A stretch of 64,000 nt of DNA, taken from positions 2,112,001-2,176,000 of the forward strand of contig OZ001293.3 in the NCBI GenBank assembly GCA_963921275.4, in the 5' to 3' direction. The translations under genes and the position numbers were made by a program. Shown piece after piece: positions 43,384-55,159 of this stretch (the stretch's first letter is position 1; each line of letters starts with the position of its first letter). The notes under the pieces are model-generated. The model ran no database searches. It was not told the DNA's origin and saw only the letters and a list, made by a program, of their open reading frames with translations. Source of the DNA: an uncultured Hormoscilla sp. (GTDB lineage: Bacteria; Cyanobacteriota; Cyanobacteriia; Cyanobacteriales; Desertifilaceae).

Positions 43384-43839
43384 ATGTCCTCAGAAAAAGA
43401 GCGAGATCGGCTGCCATTTGAACCCACGAGTAAGCGCCAAAAAACTCGCCCAGCAGCAGGCCCAGCAGCAAGATCGACAGTAAAAAAGGAGCCGAAAAAA
43501 ACGCCGATATCTAAGGAAGACAGGGCCATCCCAGAAGCTGTCAGCAAGCGGATGGTGCGGCGGATGGCTCTATTGTGCGGCATACCGACCGCATTGGGCA
43601 TGTTGACTTTTGGAGTCAGTTATGGTATATATGTCTACACTGAGTTCAAGCTGCCCAATGTGGCGGTGCTTCTGACCAGTATAGGTTGTTTTGGGTTGGG
43701 CATCTTGGGATTGAGCTACGGCGTCCTCTCAGCCTCTTGGGAGGAAAAAGTCTCGGGAAGTCTGCTAGGTTGGGCAGAATTCACTACCAATTTCTCCCGC
43801 ATGACCGCTGCATGGCGGTCTGTCAAAGAAAAAGAATAA
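43384..43839 (+). CDS. PAM68 family photosystem II assembly protein
   Basis: IPEAVSKRMVRRM, GLSYGVLSASWE, GSLLGW; rpsO synteny. Confidence 0.9.
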   Translation: MSSEKERDRLPFEPTSKRQKTRPAAGPAARSTVKKEPKKTPISKEDRAIPEAVSKRMVRRMALLCGIPTALGMLTFGVSYGIYVYTEFKLPNVAVLLTSIGCFGLGILGLSYGVLSASWEEKVSGSLLGWAEFTTNFSRMTAAWRSVKEKE

Positions 43840-44098
43840 TCCCACCAGTGGGGCGGTCTCTGGTGAAGGGTGTATCTCACTTTTGCTATGCGCTGCGCGC
43901 ACGCTGCGCGATGCGGGCATATTCACCGGTAACCCAGAAACCTGGTTTTTCCAAAAAACCAGGTTTCTTAATTCAAAATAGAGACCACCTAAACTCTGGT
44001 GAAGGCCAAATGGGAAATCGGAAATAATGATTAAACCCATTGGCGCTTTTAGAGTTTAGGTGGTCTCTTAGAACTAGAAACAACAGCAGGAACTGGAC

Positions 44099-45163
44099 AT
44101 GATTGTAGTAATGAAGAGCGGCACCCCAGATATGGAAATTGGCCGCGTGAGTGAAGAACTGAGTAGCTGGGGACTGTCTCCAGAGAAAATTGTCGGCAAG
44201 CATAAGGTGGTCATCGGTCTAGTTGGGGAGACAGCTCAGCTGAATATCGAGCAGATCCAAGAAATTAGCCCCTGGATCGAGTTAGTGTTACGGGTGGAGC
44301 AGCCCTTTAAGCGGGCGAGTCGGGAGTTTCGCCACGGCGATCCTTCTGAGGTTGTGGTGCAGACCCCTGATGGCCCAGTTACTTTTGGGGAAGAGCAGCC
44401 CGTGGTGGTGGTAGCAGGACCCTGTTCTGTGGAAAATGAGGAGATGATTATCGAGACGGCCCAGTGCGTCAAGGCTGCTGGTGCTAAGTTCCTGCGCGGC
44501 GGTGCCTACAAGCCTCGGACTTCGCCCTATTCTTTCCAAGGTCATGGGGAGAGTGCTTTGGGACTGCTAGCAAAGGCACGGGAAGCTAGCGGTCTGGGCA
44601 TAATCACAGAAGTGATGGATACCGCTGATATCCCTGTTGTGGGAGAAGTGGCAGACGTGCTGCAAGTGGGGGCGAGAAATATGCATAATTTCTCCCTGCT
44701 GAAGAAGGTGGGAGCCCAGGATAAGCCAGTGCTGCTGAAGCGGGGCATGTCTGCGACGATCGAGGAATGGTTGATGGCAGCTGAGTATATCTTGGCAGCT
44801 GGCAATCAGAATGTGATTCTCTGCGAGCGGGGAATTCGCACGTTCGATCGCCAGTATGCTCGGAATACCTTGGACCTGTCAGTGGTGCCAGTGCTGCGCG
44901 GACTCACCCACCTGCCGATCATGATCGACCCCAGTCACGGGACGGGTCGTTCTGAGTATGTACCGGCAATGACTAAGGCGGCGATCGCGGCTGGTACGGA
45001 CTCCCTGATGATTGAAGTCCACCCCAACCCAGCGAAAGCTTTGTCTGACGGACCCCAGTCTCTGACACCAGAAGGGTTCGATCGGCTGATGCAAGAATTG
45101 GCAGTGATTGGCAAAGCTGTAGAACGCTGGCCCGAACCCCAACCCGCTGCTGTGCTGGTTTAA
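44099..45163 (+). CDS. aroF: DAHP synthase (class I-beta)
   Basis: AGPCSVE, RGGAYKPRTSPYSFQG, QVGARNM, LCERGIRTF, DPSHGTG. Confidence 0.93.
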   Translation: MIVVMKSGTPDMEIGRVSEELSSWGLSPEKIVGKHKVVIGLVGETAQLNIEQIQEISPWIELVLRVEQPFKRASREFRHGDPSEVVVQTPDGPVTFGEEQPVVVVAGPCSVENEEMIIETAQCVKAAGAKFLRGGAYKPRTSPYSFQGHGESALGLLAKAREASGLGIITEVMDTADIPVVGEVADVLQVGARNMHNFSLLKKVGAQDKPVLLKRGMSATIEEWLMAAEYILAAGNQNVILCERGIRTFDRQYARNTLDLSVVPVLRGLTHLPIMIDPSHGTGRSEYVPAMTKAAIAAGTDSLMIEVHPNPAKALSDGPQSLTPEGFDRLMQELAVIGKAVERWPEPQPAAVLV

Positions 45164-45357
45164 CTCGCCGTTCGCAATAAACCGTTCGTAGTCAGCACTT
45201 TAGTGCTTCCCGGCCGCGCAGGGTAAGGACTTTAGTCCTTACTACGAACCTGAAAATATTTTCAAGTTGTAGGGTGGGTGTTCCCCACCCTACAGTTTTT
45301 GATGAAATCTACTATTATTAATTAATATTCCTTTACATTCGGTGGTAACTGCTAACT

Positions 45358-46332
45358 GTGTTTACAACGGCACTCGTTCAACCAGATGCTATTCAGACAC
45401 CAGCAATTCCTTACGACCTGTTTGAGGCGATCGCCGCCCTGAAACAGGAGTTAAACGCCGTGATTCTGGCCCACTACTACCAAGAACCGGACATTCAGGA
45501 CATTGCTGACTACATCGGAGACTCCCTGGGACTGTCGCGGCAAGCTGCCAGCACCGACGCCGATGCGATCGTGTTTGCGGGGGTCCATTTTATGGCAGAA
45601 ACGGCAAAAATCCTCAACCCAGACAAGCTGGTGCTATTGCCAGACTTAAACGCGGGTTGTTCTCTGGCGGATAGTTGTCCGCCAGACGCCTTTGCTGCTT
45701 TCAAAGCTGCTCATCCCCAGCATGTTGTGGTTTCTTACATCAACTGCTCTGCGGCAATTAAGGCGATGAGCGACATTGTCTGCACCAGTTCCAACGCTGT
45801 GAAGATAGTCAGTCAAATTCGGGAAGATAGACCGATAATTTTTGCGCCCGATCGCAACTTGGGGCGATATGTGATGGAGCAAACGGGACGAGAGATGGTA
45901 TTGTGGGAAGGAAGCTGTATGGTGCATGAAACCTTCTCGGAAAAGAAGATAGTTCAGCTAAAAGTTGAACATCCAGAAGCGGAGATCATTGCTCATCCAG
46001 AGTGCGAACCCCCAGTCCTGCGCCACGCTAGCTATGTCGGCTCGACAACGGCCCTGTTGAAGTACGCTCAAAGGAGTGCTAGCGAAGCATTTATTGTGGC
46101 AACGGAGCCAGGAATCATTCACCAGATGGAAAAACAGACCCCTGGTAAGCAGTTTATTCCCGCACCGCCAACGAACAACTGTGCTTGTAACGAATGTCCT
46201 CACATGCGGTTGAATACTTTGGAGAAGTTGTATTTGGCGATCAAGCATCGCACTCCAGAGATTACCATGGCAGAGGACATTCGGGTAGCCGCTTTGCGAC
46301 CGATTCAGCGGATGTTAGAGATGAGCGCTTAG
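45358..46332 (+). CDS. nadA: Quinolinate synthase
   Basis: [42 protein letters not shown]. Confidence 0.96.
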   Translation: MFTTALVQPDAIQTPAIPYDLFEAIAALKQELNAVILAHYYQEPDIQDIADYIGDSLGLSRQAASTDADAIVFAGVHFMAETAKILNPDKLVLLPDLNAGCSLADSCPPDAFAAFKAAHPQHVVVSYINCSAAIKAMSDIVCTSSNAVKIVSQIREDRPIIFAPDRNLGRYVMEQTGREMVLWEGSCMVHETFSEKKIVQLKVEHPEAEIIAHPECEPPVLRHASYVGSTTALLKYAQRSASEAFIVATEPGIIHQMEKQTPGKQFIPAPPTNNCACNECPHMRLNTLEKLYLAIKHRTPEITMAEDIRVAALRPIQRMLEMSA

Positions 46333-46528
46333 AATTATTCTGGAGACGATCTAGCGGATGAACGGAAAACTATAAACTCATCGTTCATCCTTCATCATTA
46401 ATCTCGATGTTAAGTTTCCCAAAAATAATTATCCGATGGCGCTGCACGCGCTACGCGAATGCGCTGCGCGCACGCTACGCGAATGCAATTTGAGGTAAAC
46501 TCTAGTAAATCCGCGTCCAGTAGCTACT

Positions 46529-47454
46529 ATGGAACCAGAAACAATCAAACACGATCGCCTCTTCAAAGAACTCATCAAAGCATTTTTCGTGGAGTTTTTG
46601 AAGTTATTCTTTCCCTCACTCCTCGCGGAAATAGATACAAGATTACTGGAGTTCTTAGACAAAGAAATATTCACGGAACTGACATCAGGAGATGAATATA
46701 GGGCGGATATCGTGGCCAAAACCAGATTTAAGAATGGTCAGGAAACCTTCTTGCTCATTCATGTGGAAAACCAGGCACAGTATGAAACTTTATTTGAAAA
46801 GCGGATGTTTCGGTACTTTGCCTTAAGTTCACACAATCATGGTTTGCCAGTGTATCCCATAGCACTGCTGTCCTTTGACTCTCCGCGCACTGAACAACCA
46901 CACCGTTATGAAGTCGTTATTGCCAACAAAGTCATCTTGCAGTTCGAGTATGAGGTAATCCAGCTAAATCGGCTGAATTGGCGAGATTTTCTGCGTCATG
47001 AAAATCCAGTGGCCACGGCATCCATGCCTGCCCCAAAATTAGGATCGACAAAAAGGATCGCCCGCGAGTAAAATTAGAATGTCTGCGCTTGCTGACAACA
47101 TTGAAGTTAGATCCAGCGAGGACCAGACTGATTTCGGGCTTTATTGACACCTATCTGAGGTTGAGTACCGAGGAGGAAACCCAGTTCAAATCAGAGATTG
47201 CTATACTGACATCAGAACAGGAACAGGAGGAAATCATGGAAATAGTCACCAGTTGGATGCTCGAAGGAAAAGAACAAGAAGGATTGAAGATTATTCTGCG
47301 CCAACTCACCCGGCGTATTGGTGAAATTGCGGCTGAGTTACAGGACCAGATTCGCCAGTTGTCACTCATCCAGTTAGAAGATTTGGCAAATGCGCTGCTG
47401 GATTTTGAGGCCCAGACAGATTTAGTGACTTGGTTGCAGCGCAGCGTGTGTTGA
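46529..47454 (+). pseudogene. Rpn/PD-(D/E)XK nuclease-like protein with C-terminal DUF4351, frameshifted near 47025
   Basis: HDRLFKELI, ADIV, LIHVENQ, RLNWRDFLRHENPVA; LRQLTRRIG..LEDLANALLDF. Confidence 0.82.
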
Positions 47455-47648
47455 AGAATGCGCTGCGCGCACGCTACGCGATCGAGAATAATTGAATTTT
47501 AAATTCCTTAACCGGTTCGGTCATTAAGGTGTTGCGATCGCCTGAGGATCCTGGCGATCGTAACTGTCATAATAGACCACAGCTGATTTGGATTTCCGCT
47601 TTTCCCAGTTGGCAATTTACAATTGGGGCCGAATGCGCTGCGCGCACG

Positions 47649-48213
<565 letters not shown>

Positions 48214-48332
48214 ATCACTCCCATGACTTGGTTATGGTATTTGATTTATCCTATCATTCAATCAGCCTCATGTCAAGCCTCTGGGATCTAATCACTTCAG
48301 GCAGCAGAAATGGCGATCGCCCAAGCATGGCT

Positions 48333-50723
48333 CTATACTTTAGATAGAACAACTGCCGCCTGGGGAAACTTTTGCTTCAAAGCTGGCCAAACAGGACAAG
48401 GTATTTTATCCTCCAGGTTACCCGAGCGCAATGAATTAAAATTATTCCAGCTAAATGGCGCTTTCCCACAACTGGACATCCATAGCAGGCGCTTCGCCCT
48501 GGTCATGGCCACGTACAGCAAACGAAATTCTTCTGCGATCTTCAAATATTCCGCCTGTTCCCATGCTTCTCCAATCAAGGGTAGCGGTTGTTGATGCAGG
48601 TAGGCGCGAATTTGGGCCCTGGCCACTTCCGATAAGGTAAAGTCTCCCAAAAACTGCCCTTGCGGTAGCACCCACAAACTCCCGGGAATGGTACTGTCGT
48701 GCAAAAAGGGCAGGAACACATAATCCCAATCTAATCCTTTGGCTTTGTGCATGGTAATGATGGTCAACTGATTTGGCCTGCTGTAGGGAGAATCATCTTC
48801 GGACACTTCCACTGGTTCAAAGCTTTCGGAATTGACTATTTCATTCAGGACGTTTAGCATCCCTGACATCACAGATATGGCACTATTCCCCATTGTCTGC
48901 TGGGCGACTCGTTCTGCTAATTTGTCAGCGGTGGCCAGTTCGCTTTGGTTATAATTTAAGGTCAAGGCGAGGAAAGAAATTAGCTGATAGGGCGGCAGTT
49001 CCAGTCGCGCCCGCAGTAAACTCCGACAGTAGCGGCGAATCTGTTTTACGGGTTCTTTGGGTAGCGGATCCAGGGGACCGGGGTAGAGAAATTCCTCTGG
49101 CAAACTGGCCAGGGCGTTAAAGTCTTGGGAGGTAATCAGTTGTCGTTTGAGTAGCACTTGTAGCGCTGCTTTTAAGGAGTCGGGGGAATGGGGACGCTGC
49201 ATGAATTGTAGCAGGTAAAGCATTTCTCTGGGAACCTGTGATTGCCGATCCTGTTCTGCTACTTCATCTATATTTATCTCTTTGCCATACAAATTTTTCA
49301 GTTCGCTGGCCACAAATCTTCCTTGGTCATTTGTCCGCACTAAGACTGCTGCATTCCGTTCCGGGTGACTGGCGAATAAATCCTTTATCCGCTGACCGAT
49401 CGCTGCGACTGTCTGGTAAATATCCTTGGGCGTCTGTAACTCTAATCCTTCTCCTTCTGGCGGCGGATTGGCATCTGGTTGGGGGTCTCCTGGTGCAACT
49501 AAACGAATCTCTTGTTCGCTAAAGGGCAATTCTGATTCTGGTTTATGGGGATAGTTCTTACTGAGGTATTTATTTACCCATTTGAGCATGTAGTTAGCCG
49601 CATCAATGATGATTTTGGCACTGCGACCTGCTCGATTCATTGTTGCTAGTTGGCCCTGCTGTTGGCAAGCTTCGCAAAATTCCCGAAAATAAATGGGGTC
49701 GGCGGGTGTAAAGGTAGAATTAATTGCTTGATTGGGGTCCCCTACCCGGATCAAATTCAGGGGTTTTTCTTCGTTAGCGTCGGCGGCGAGGATCTCCAAT
49801 AATCTCGTCTGCAAGGGGGTGGAATCTTGTGCTTCGTCTTCAAAGACGGCAAAGACTTGCTTTTGCCAGAGACGCCGCGCCCCGATGTCTTTTAATACTC
49901 TGATTGCTCCCAAGATCATGTCATCGTAGTCGATCAGAAAACGCGATCGTAACAGAGTTTGATAGTTCTTGTACAACCCTGCTGCTACTGCTAATATCTG
50001 ATATTCATCGGGTATATTTTGAGTGGCGACAATTTCTGCTAAATCCTGAGGCAAAAGTCCGGAACTTTTCGCTTCGTGAACTACTGTATAGGCTAAAGCT
50101 GGCAAGACTTCCGTGCGTAAAACTGACTGGCGGCGCAGGCGTTCTGTTTCTTCCCCATCAAATTGATTTCCCTCTAGTAATCGCTGATAATGGAGGGGAT
50201 GGGCTGCTATCCATTGTTCTACACTAGTACGCAGTAATTGGTGCGATCGGTTAGGAGATATGATTGTCGATGTTTCCAGACTTAAAGTGGAAAGTTCCGG
50301 ATGGCGCATGGCTATATTCAGGGCTAAACCATGCAGGGTATAAACGACAACTCCATTTTGTGGTCTGGATAATGCCTTGAGATGTTCGCGAATTTTCGCT
50401 TTGATACTAGCAGCGGCGGAACGGGTAAAGGTAACTACAACCAGTTGGTGGCGGGAGTGCAATTGGTGCCGGGCAACGGCGATCGCGGCGGCCCCGGCCA
50501 TCCCGGTAGATTTTCCCGATCCGGGAACCGCTGAAATTGCTAGCGGTCCTCCTTGCCATAACGCCATGCTTCGCTGTCCCGATCGCAGGCCCTTCGCGAT
50601 CGCTTCTATTGCCCGATCCTGAAGGGACTGCGCAGCAGTATCGCGCAAAGTTGCCGCCAGGGAAGGGTCTGGCGCCGACTGGGAAGTTGTCGGGGTAAGG
50701 TGTGAATCAAAATCGTCTGGCAT
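48333..50723 (-). CDS. UvrD/REP-family ATP-dependent helicase
   Basis: AVPGSGKS, EDEAQD, VGDPNQAI, TMHKAKGLDWD, LLYVAMTRAK. Confidence 0.92.
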   Translation of the reverse strand: MPDDFDSHLTPTTSQSAPDPSLAATLRDTAAQSLQDRAIEAIAKGLRSGQRSMALWQGGPLAISAVPGSGKSTGMAGAAAIAVARHQLHSRHQLVVVTFTRSAAASIKAKIREHLKALSRPQNGVVVYTLHGLALNIAMRHPELSTLSLETSTIISPNRSHQLLRTSVEQWIAAHPLHYQRLLEGNQFDGEETERLRRQSVLRTEVLPALAYTVVHEAKSSGLLPQDLAEIVATQNIPDEYQILAVAAGLYKNYQTLLRSRFLIDYDDMILGAIRVLKDIGARRLWQKQVFAVFEDEAQDSTPLQTRLLEILAADANEEKPLNLIRVGDPNQAINSTFTPADPIYFREFCEACQQQGQLATMNRAGRSAKIIIDAANYMLKWVNKYLSKNYPHKPESELPFSEQEIRLVAPGDPQPDANPPPEGEGLELQTPKDIYQTVAAIGQRIKDLFASHPERNAAVLVRTNDQGRFVASELKNLYGKEINIDEVAEQDRQSQVPREMLYLLQFMQRPHSPDSLKAALQVLLKRQLITSQDFNALASLPEEFLYPGPLDPLPKEPVKQIRRYCRSLLRARLELPPYQLISFLALTLNYNQSELATADKLAERVAQQTMGNSAISVMSGMLNVLNEIVNSESFEPVEVSEDDSPYSRPNQLTIITMHKAKGLDWDYVFLPFLHDSTIPGSLWVLPQGQFLGDFTLSEVARAQIRAYLHQQPLPLIGEAWEQAEYLKIAEEFRLLYVAMTRAKRLLWMSSCGKAPFSWNNFNSLRSGNLEDKIPCPVWPALKQKFPQAAVVLSKV

Positions 50724-50840
50724 GATTAATATTTTACCCGGTGACCCCGGGCAAATGTAAAAATTTTCTTAAGGATTTTTCTAATTATACCAAGCTCGGT
50801 CAAGATTAGTAAGGAATAATTAGCAATTACTAAGAAAGCA

Positions 50841-52010
50841 ATGCTGAAAAAAAGTCTAATCTGGCTCAGCATGATGTTGAGCGTTACCATGGCCTTGTTA
50901 CTGGTAGTCCCGGCGCGGACGCAAAATCCGCCGCAAGTGCGCGAATACTGGATCGCCGCAGAGGAAATTCTCTGGGATTACGCGCCGTCATTTCCGATCG
51001 ATCGGATGACAGGGAAACCCTTTAATGAAGACCAACTGGTGTTCGTAGGGGATGGGCCCGACCGGATCGGACGGATTTACAGAAAAGCCGTTTTTAGATC
51101 TTACACGCCTAATTTTGGCCAAGTGATTGACGGACCGAATGAGGTGCTCGATCCTCGGACAGGAAAAATGAGAATAATTCGCAAGCCTGGGACGAAACAT
51201 CTGGGCATACTCGGTCCGATTATTCGCGCTGAAGTCGGGGATACGGTCTTAATCCATTTTCGGAATCAGACGCGGTTTAACCTCAGCCTGCACCCCCACG
51301 GGTTTTTCTACAGTAAGGATAACGAAGGGACGCCCTATGAGGACGGAACTACCCTGAAGGATAAGAGGGATGACGCCGTGCCTCCAGGCGAGAGCTATAC
51401 TTATACCTGGCTAGTGCCCGATCGGGCAGGTCCGGGTCCTGAAGATCCCAATTCGATCGTCTGGCCCTACCACTCCCATGTTAACGAGGTTGCAGACACG
51501 AATGCAGGTTTGGTGGGGGCGATCGTGGTTCACAAGCGGGGAACACTCGAAAGGAATTCAGGTTTGCCCCTCGGGATTGACCGGGAATTTGTCAATCTGT
51601 TCACGGTATTTGACGAAAATAGCAGTCTATATATCGATGAAAATATCCAGGAGTTTGTCGAGGAGTCGGTAGACCCCTCGGACGAAGATTTCGTCGAGAG
51701 TAATCTGATGCATGGGATCAATGGTTTACTCTATGCTAACTTAAAGGGAATGACGATCGCAGAAGGCGAGCAAGTACGCTGGTATCTGCTGGCGATGGGA
51801 ACTGAGGTAGATATCCACACTCCTCATTGGCACGGCGAGACTCTCTTGTACGCAGGACACCGGACGGACATTACAGAGATATTTCCAGCGAGTGCTAAAA
51901 CACTGGACATGATAGCAGACGATCCGGGGACTTGGATGTACCACTGTCACGTCAACGATCACCTGAATGCCGGGATGATGACGCTGTTCACAGTTGAACC
52001 TATTTACTAG
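50841..52010 (+). CDS. Secreted two-domain multicopper oxidase, ceruloplasmin-like
   Basis: Signal peptide; HPHG, YHSH, HTPHWHG, HCHVNDHLNAGM. Confidence 0.9.
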   Translation: MLKKSLIWLSMMLSVTMALLLVVPARTQNPPQVREYWIAAEEILWDYAPSFPIDRMTGKPFNEDQLVFVGDGPDRIGRIYRKAVFRSYTPNFGQVIDGPNEVLDPRTGKMRIIRKPGTKHLGILGPIIRAEVGDTVLIHFRNQTRFNLSLHPHGFFYSKDNEGTPYEDGTTLKDKRDDAVPPGESYTYTWLVPDRAGPGPEDPNSIVWPYHSHVNEVADTNAGLVGAIVVHKRGTLERNSGLPLGIDREFVNLFTVFDENSSLYIDENIQEFVEESVDPSDEDFVESNLMHGINGLLYANLKGMTIAEGEQVRWYLLAMGTEVDIHTPHWHGETLLYAGHRTDITEIFPASAKTLDMIADDPGTWMYHCHVNDHLNAGMMTLFTVEPIY

Positions 52011-52110
52011 TCGGAAGTTTTCAGAAGTTTTCCCTTGTCGGGGAACTTCTTCAGGCTAAACTTGAACTTATAATAGGAAAAAATGTGGTCAACTACTCTC
52101 TGGAGAACCG

Positions 52111-53088
52111 ATGCAAGATAACTTCTCTGAATTACCATACCGTTTTCAACTAACCGATCGCCAAAAAAATGGCTCTGTTAAAGGCTTTGTCCTGCCTGGC
52201 TTCTGGGCCCTGTTAGGGGCGATCGCCTTAACCAGTTGCAGTGCTGCTTATAAATCAGATGTGAGTAGCAGCGCACCAGAGGTAGCAAGAAAGCTTGAGA
52301 GTATGCCAGCACCAGCAGCCCCATATCCAGCCGATCGAGCTGTTGTCGCTGCGGAAGTGCCCAAGGCCGCCCCTCAACTGATAAAAAGGGCCGAACTCAA
52401 CCTGGTAGTCCTATCCATTGAGGAAACTATTGAAACAGTTTCTGGTTTAATTCAACAACAGCAAGGGGATGTATTGGGACTGCAAGAATATCAACCTGCT
52501 AACAAAAATGTCCGTCACCGCGCCTCTATGCAGTTGCGCGTTCCCCAAGCACGACTAGAAACTACTCTAGATGCCCTGACTGAGTTGGGTACGATGCAAA
52601 ATAGAACGATAACTGCTGAGGATGTTTCTAATCAATTGGTGGATTTATCGGCCCGGTTGCGAAATCTGCGCAAGTCTGAAGAAATGGTCTTGAAAATTAT
52701 GGACCGATCGGGTACTGTGGGAGAGGTGCTGAATGCGGCGCGAGAACTGAGCAACATTCGGGAATCAATTGAGCGCCTTGACGCCCAGTTCAAAAATTTG
52801 CGGGATCGAGTAGCTTATTCTACCATCGATCTAAATTTAGAAGCAGCAGTTTCTTCGGAAGCAACGCCCCAGTTGTCTTTAGGTTTGCGGGTACGAGAAA
52901 CCTGGGGACAGGCAACTCAAGCGGTGAATCAATTTACCTTTGGTTTAATTCAACTGGGTTTGTGGTTGCTAGCATTCAGTCCTTATTTGTTGCTCATCTT
53001 TGCTGGTGGGGCCTTGGGCTATATGCGCTTGCAGAAACAAAAATCCCTGCCGCCACAGCAACCGCCACATCCACCTGTATCTAATTAG
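52111..53088 (+). CDS. DUF4349 domain lipoprotein
   Basis: Lipobox ALTSC, LRVP, AEDVSNQLVDLSARL, VAYSTIDL, C-terminal TM. Confidence 0.85.
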   Translation: MQDNFSELPYRFQLTDRQKNGSVKGFVLPGFWALLGAIALTSCSAAYKSDVSSSAPEVARKLESMPAPAAPYPADRAVVAAEVPKAAPQLIKRAELNLVVLSIEETIETVSGLIQQQQGDVLGLQEYQPANKNVRHRASMQLRVPQARLETTLDALTELGTMQNRTITAEDVSNQLVDLSARLRNLRKSEEMVLKIMDRSGTVGEVLNAARELSNIRESIERLDAQFKNLRDRVAYSTIDLNLEAAVSSEATPQLSLGLRVRETWGQATQAVNQFTFGLIQLGLWLLAFSPYLLLIFAGGALGYMRLQKQKSLPPQQPPHPPVSN

Positions 53089-53488
53089 AAATCGTGTCCG
53101 ACGGGCATCCCGCCTATCGGGAGGTTTTATTTACCAACCTGCCGTTGCTCGATTAACCATTGCTCAATTTTCTATAAGCTGTCTAGTCCCCGTCCCACAA
53201 GTAGGGACCGCATTTTCCCGTTTGGGTTCAGAGGGTAAGACTTGGCCAGGACTATCTGTTTCACACAATTTTATATTATTTTTAACCCTCGGCGGGATGA
53301 CTTAAGCATGATGATGACCCGAACCAAATCAATGTACCTGAATTGCCTCGGCATCACCCTGCATTGCTTCTTTTAAAACGAGTTCTGAGATGTAAAGCCT
53401 GAAAGAGCTGCATCGAAGGGGGGTAGCTGGGAGATATCAGAAAAAGACCTTTTATTTACCAACGGGTTTTGACTACACCCAAACCTGG

Positions 53489-53636
53489 CCATATCTAGCC
53501 AAATACTTGACCATGTCTAGCCAAATACTCGACATATATGGCAATTCTCGACAATATATGGCAATCCTCGACCATGTCTAGCCAATCCTCGACCATGTCT
53601 AGCCAATCCTGGGCCATGTCTAGCCAATCCTGGGCC
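53489..53636. repeat. ~21-bp degenerate tandem repeat (CCATGTCTAGCCAATCCTCGA), about 7 copies
   Basis: Read directly; lies next to a solo MITE end at 53459-53480. Confidence 0.85.
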
Positions 53637-54053
53637 CGGTATTGCCGATCCTGACTCGCGTCAGTTCTACAAGCCAAAAGGTCTGATAGCCTTGCCAGCA
53701 TTGGTTTATAGCATCCGGCGAGCTTCCAGATTTTCTTAATAAGCAATTGTAGTTGATAATCACCATCGATTTTCTCAATTAGAGGTGAATGAGCGCTAAA
53801 ATCAAGAAGAACTCGCGTTGAATCGGGTGCAGAAGCTAGAAATCGGGAATAAGAGCGCAGCTATACTTGGAAAGGGAACGGCTGTGCTCCCGCAAGGGAT
53901 ACGACTTGCGCCCAAATGTTGCTGTTGGTGTCATGGCGAGGGGGGGCTCCCAAAGCAGTAACTGTGGTATGCTTCAACTTATGACCGCCCTAGGAAGAGT
54001 ATCTTTGCGTGCAAGAAACTCTCTATTGGCCCCCTCCACACCCGACTGGCCAT

Positions 54054-54269
54054 CTAGAAACCGGTATGCTTATCTATCTCTTGTGGGGTGCTGTCAGTAT
54101 CGAACTTAGCCAGATCGAGAATCCAGATATCAGCAGGTTAGACGCGCTTTGACGAAATTCGTTCTCCCCGCCGCCTTGCATTCGTAGGTGCAATTCCCAG
54201 AATTTGTGTTAACTTCTCTTGGGGAGGAATTCTTCCTCTCAGTCGTAAAGACATTTGAATAGTACTCAC
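54054..54269 (-). pseudogene. DUF4279-like fragment with in-frame stop
   Basis: MSLRLRGRIPPQEKLTQILGIAPT..RGE..V*PADIWILDL resembles the DUF4279 N-terminus (recalled, not searched). Confidence 0.5.
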
Positions 54270-54740
54270 CTATCAGCCTCTGTAACTTCTGTTACAACTA
54301 ATTAATTAAATCCATTATAAACTGAGGAACTCATCAGCTAAATCAAGCAGTTCGCTGTAGGTAAAGTTAACGTCACCACCTCGGTTCTCACTGCGCTTGA
54401 TTTGATCGACCATTTTCCGGTCTCTCCTATTTGCGCCCCTGCCTTGTCACCCTCTTCTGGTGTCGTTCTCGTCGTCTTTCTTCTAGTTGTTCGGACCACT
54501 CTGCTAATTCGTCTTCATCGATCGGTTCAGAATGAAAAACCACCTGAACGAGTGCTTTGATCTTTCTCTGACACCACTTAAGTAAATTTCTGCTGATTTT
54601 ATAGAAAATTTCCTGACTGTAGATAACTACACCTCCTCAAGATGATTATGGTATATTATAGCTAAATTTACCATAGGTGGCAAGAATGATAAATTTCGAT
54701 TATCATTAGATAATAAGCTAAAATCATATTAGCCAACGGA

Positions 54741-54964
54741 CAATACTTCTCGGTTAACAACCTGTCATTAGGAGGGGGGCAACACAAACCAACATTTTAG
54801 GGAGCACCAAGCACCACCAGGATCCCCCCCGAAGCAATCTCATACGACGCGGGGATTGCTTCGGGGGGGGTTAACTCAAGTTCCCATAAGTTAATCGCTA
54901 CGTACTGTGTTCCCCCTCGCAATGACATCCTAATCCTTACTATATCCTTAACCGAGAAGTATTG
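54741..54964. mobile_element. 224-bp MITE, perfect 17-bp TIR CAATACTTCTCGGTTAA, 10-bp TSD AGCCAACGGA
   Basis: TSD at 54731-54740 and 54965-54974; internal GAAGCAATC/GATTGCTTC palindrome. Confidence 0.93.
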
Positions 54965-55159
54965 AGCCAACGGATTAATTGGGATTAATCATCTTAAATA
55001 GCGCAGATATGCCACCAACTCTTGCGGTGGGTGCCGCGAAATGGAGGAGATCGACCTGTCTGTTGCGCTTTGGTGGGCGGTGCCCACCCTTGTTCGCCTT
55101 CCTTAATTGCTTTAGTTGAGGTACGATCGTTTTAACCCAACTTTTTTTCTAAGCGATCG

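Noticed and set aside
53495..53746. ORF with QDWLDM heptads
   Set aside because: Produced by the 21-bp tandem repeat; no independent support for coding
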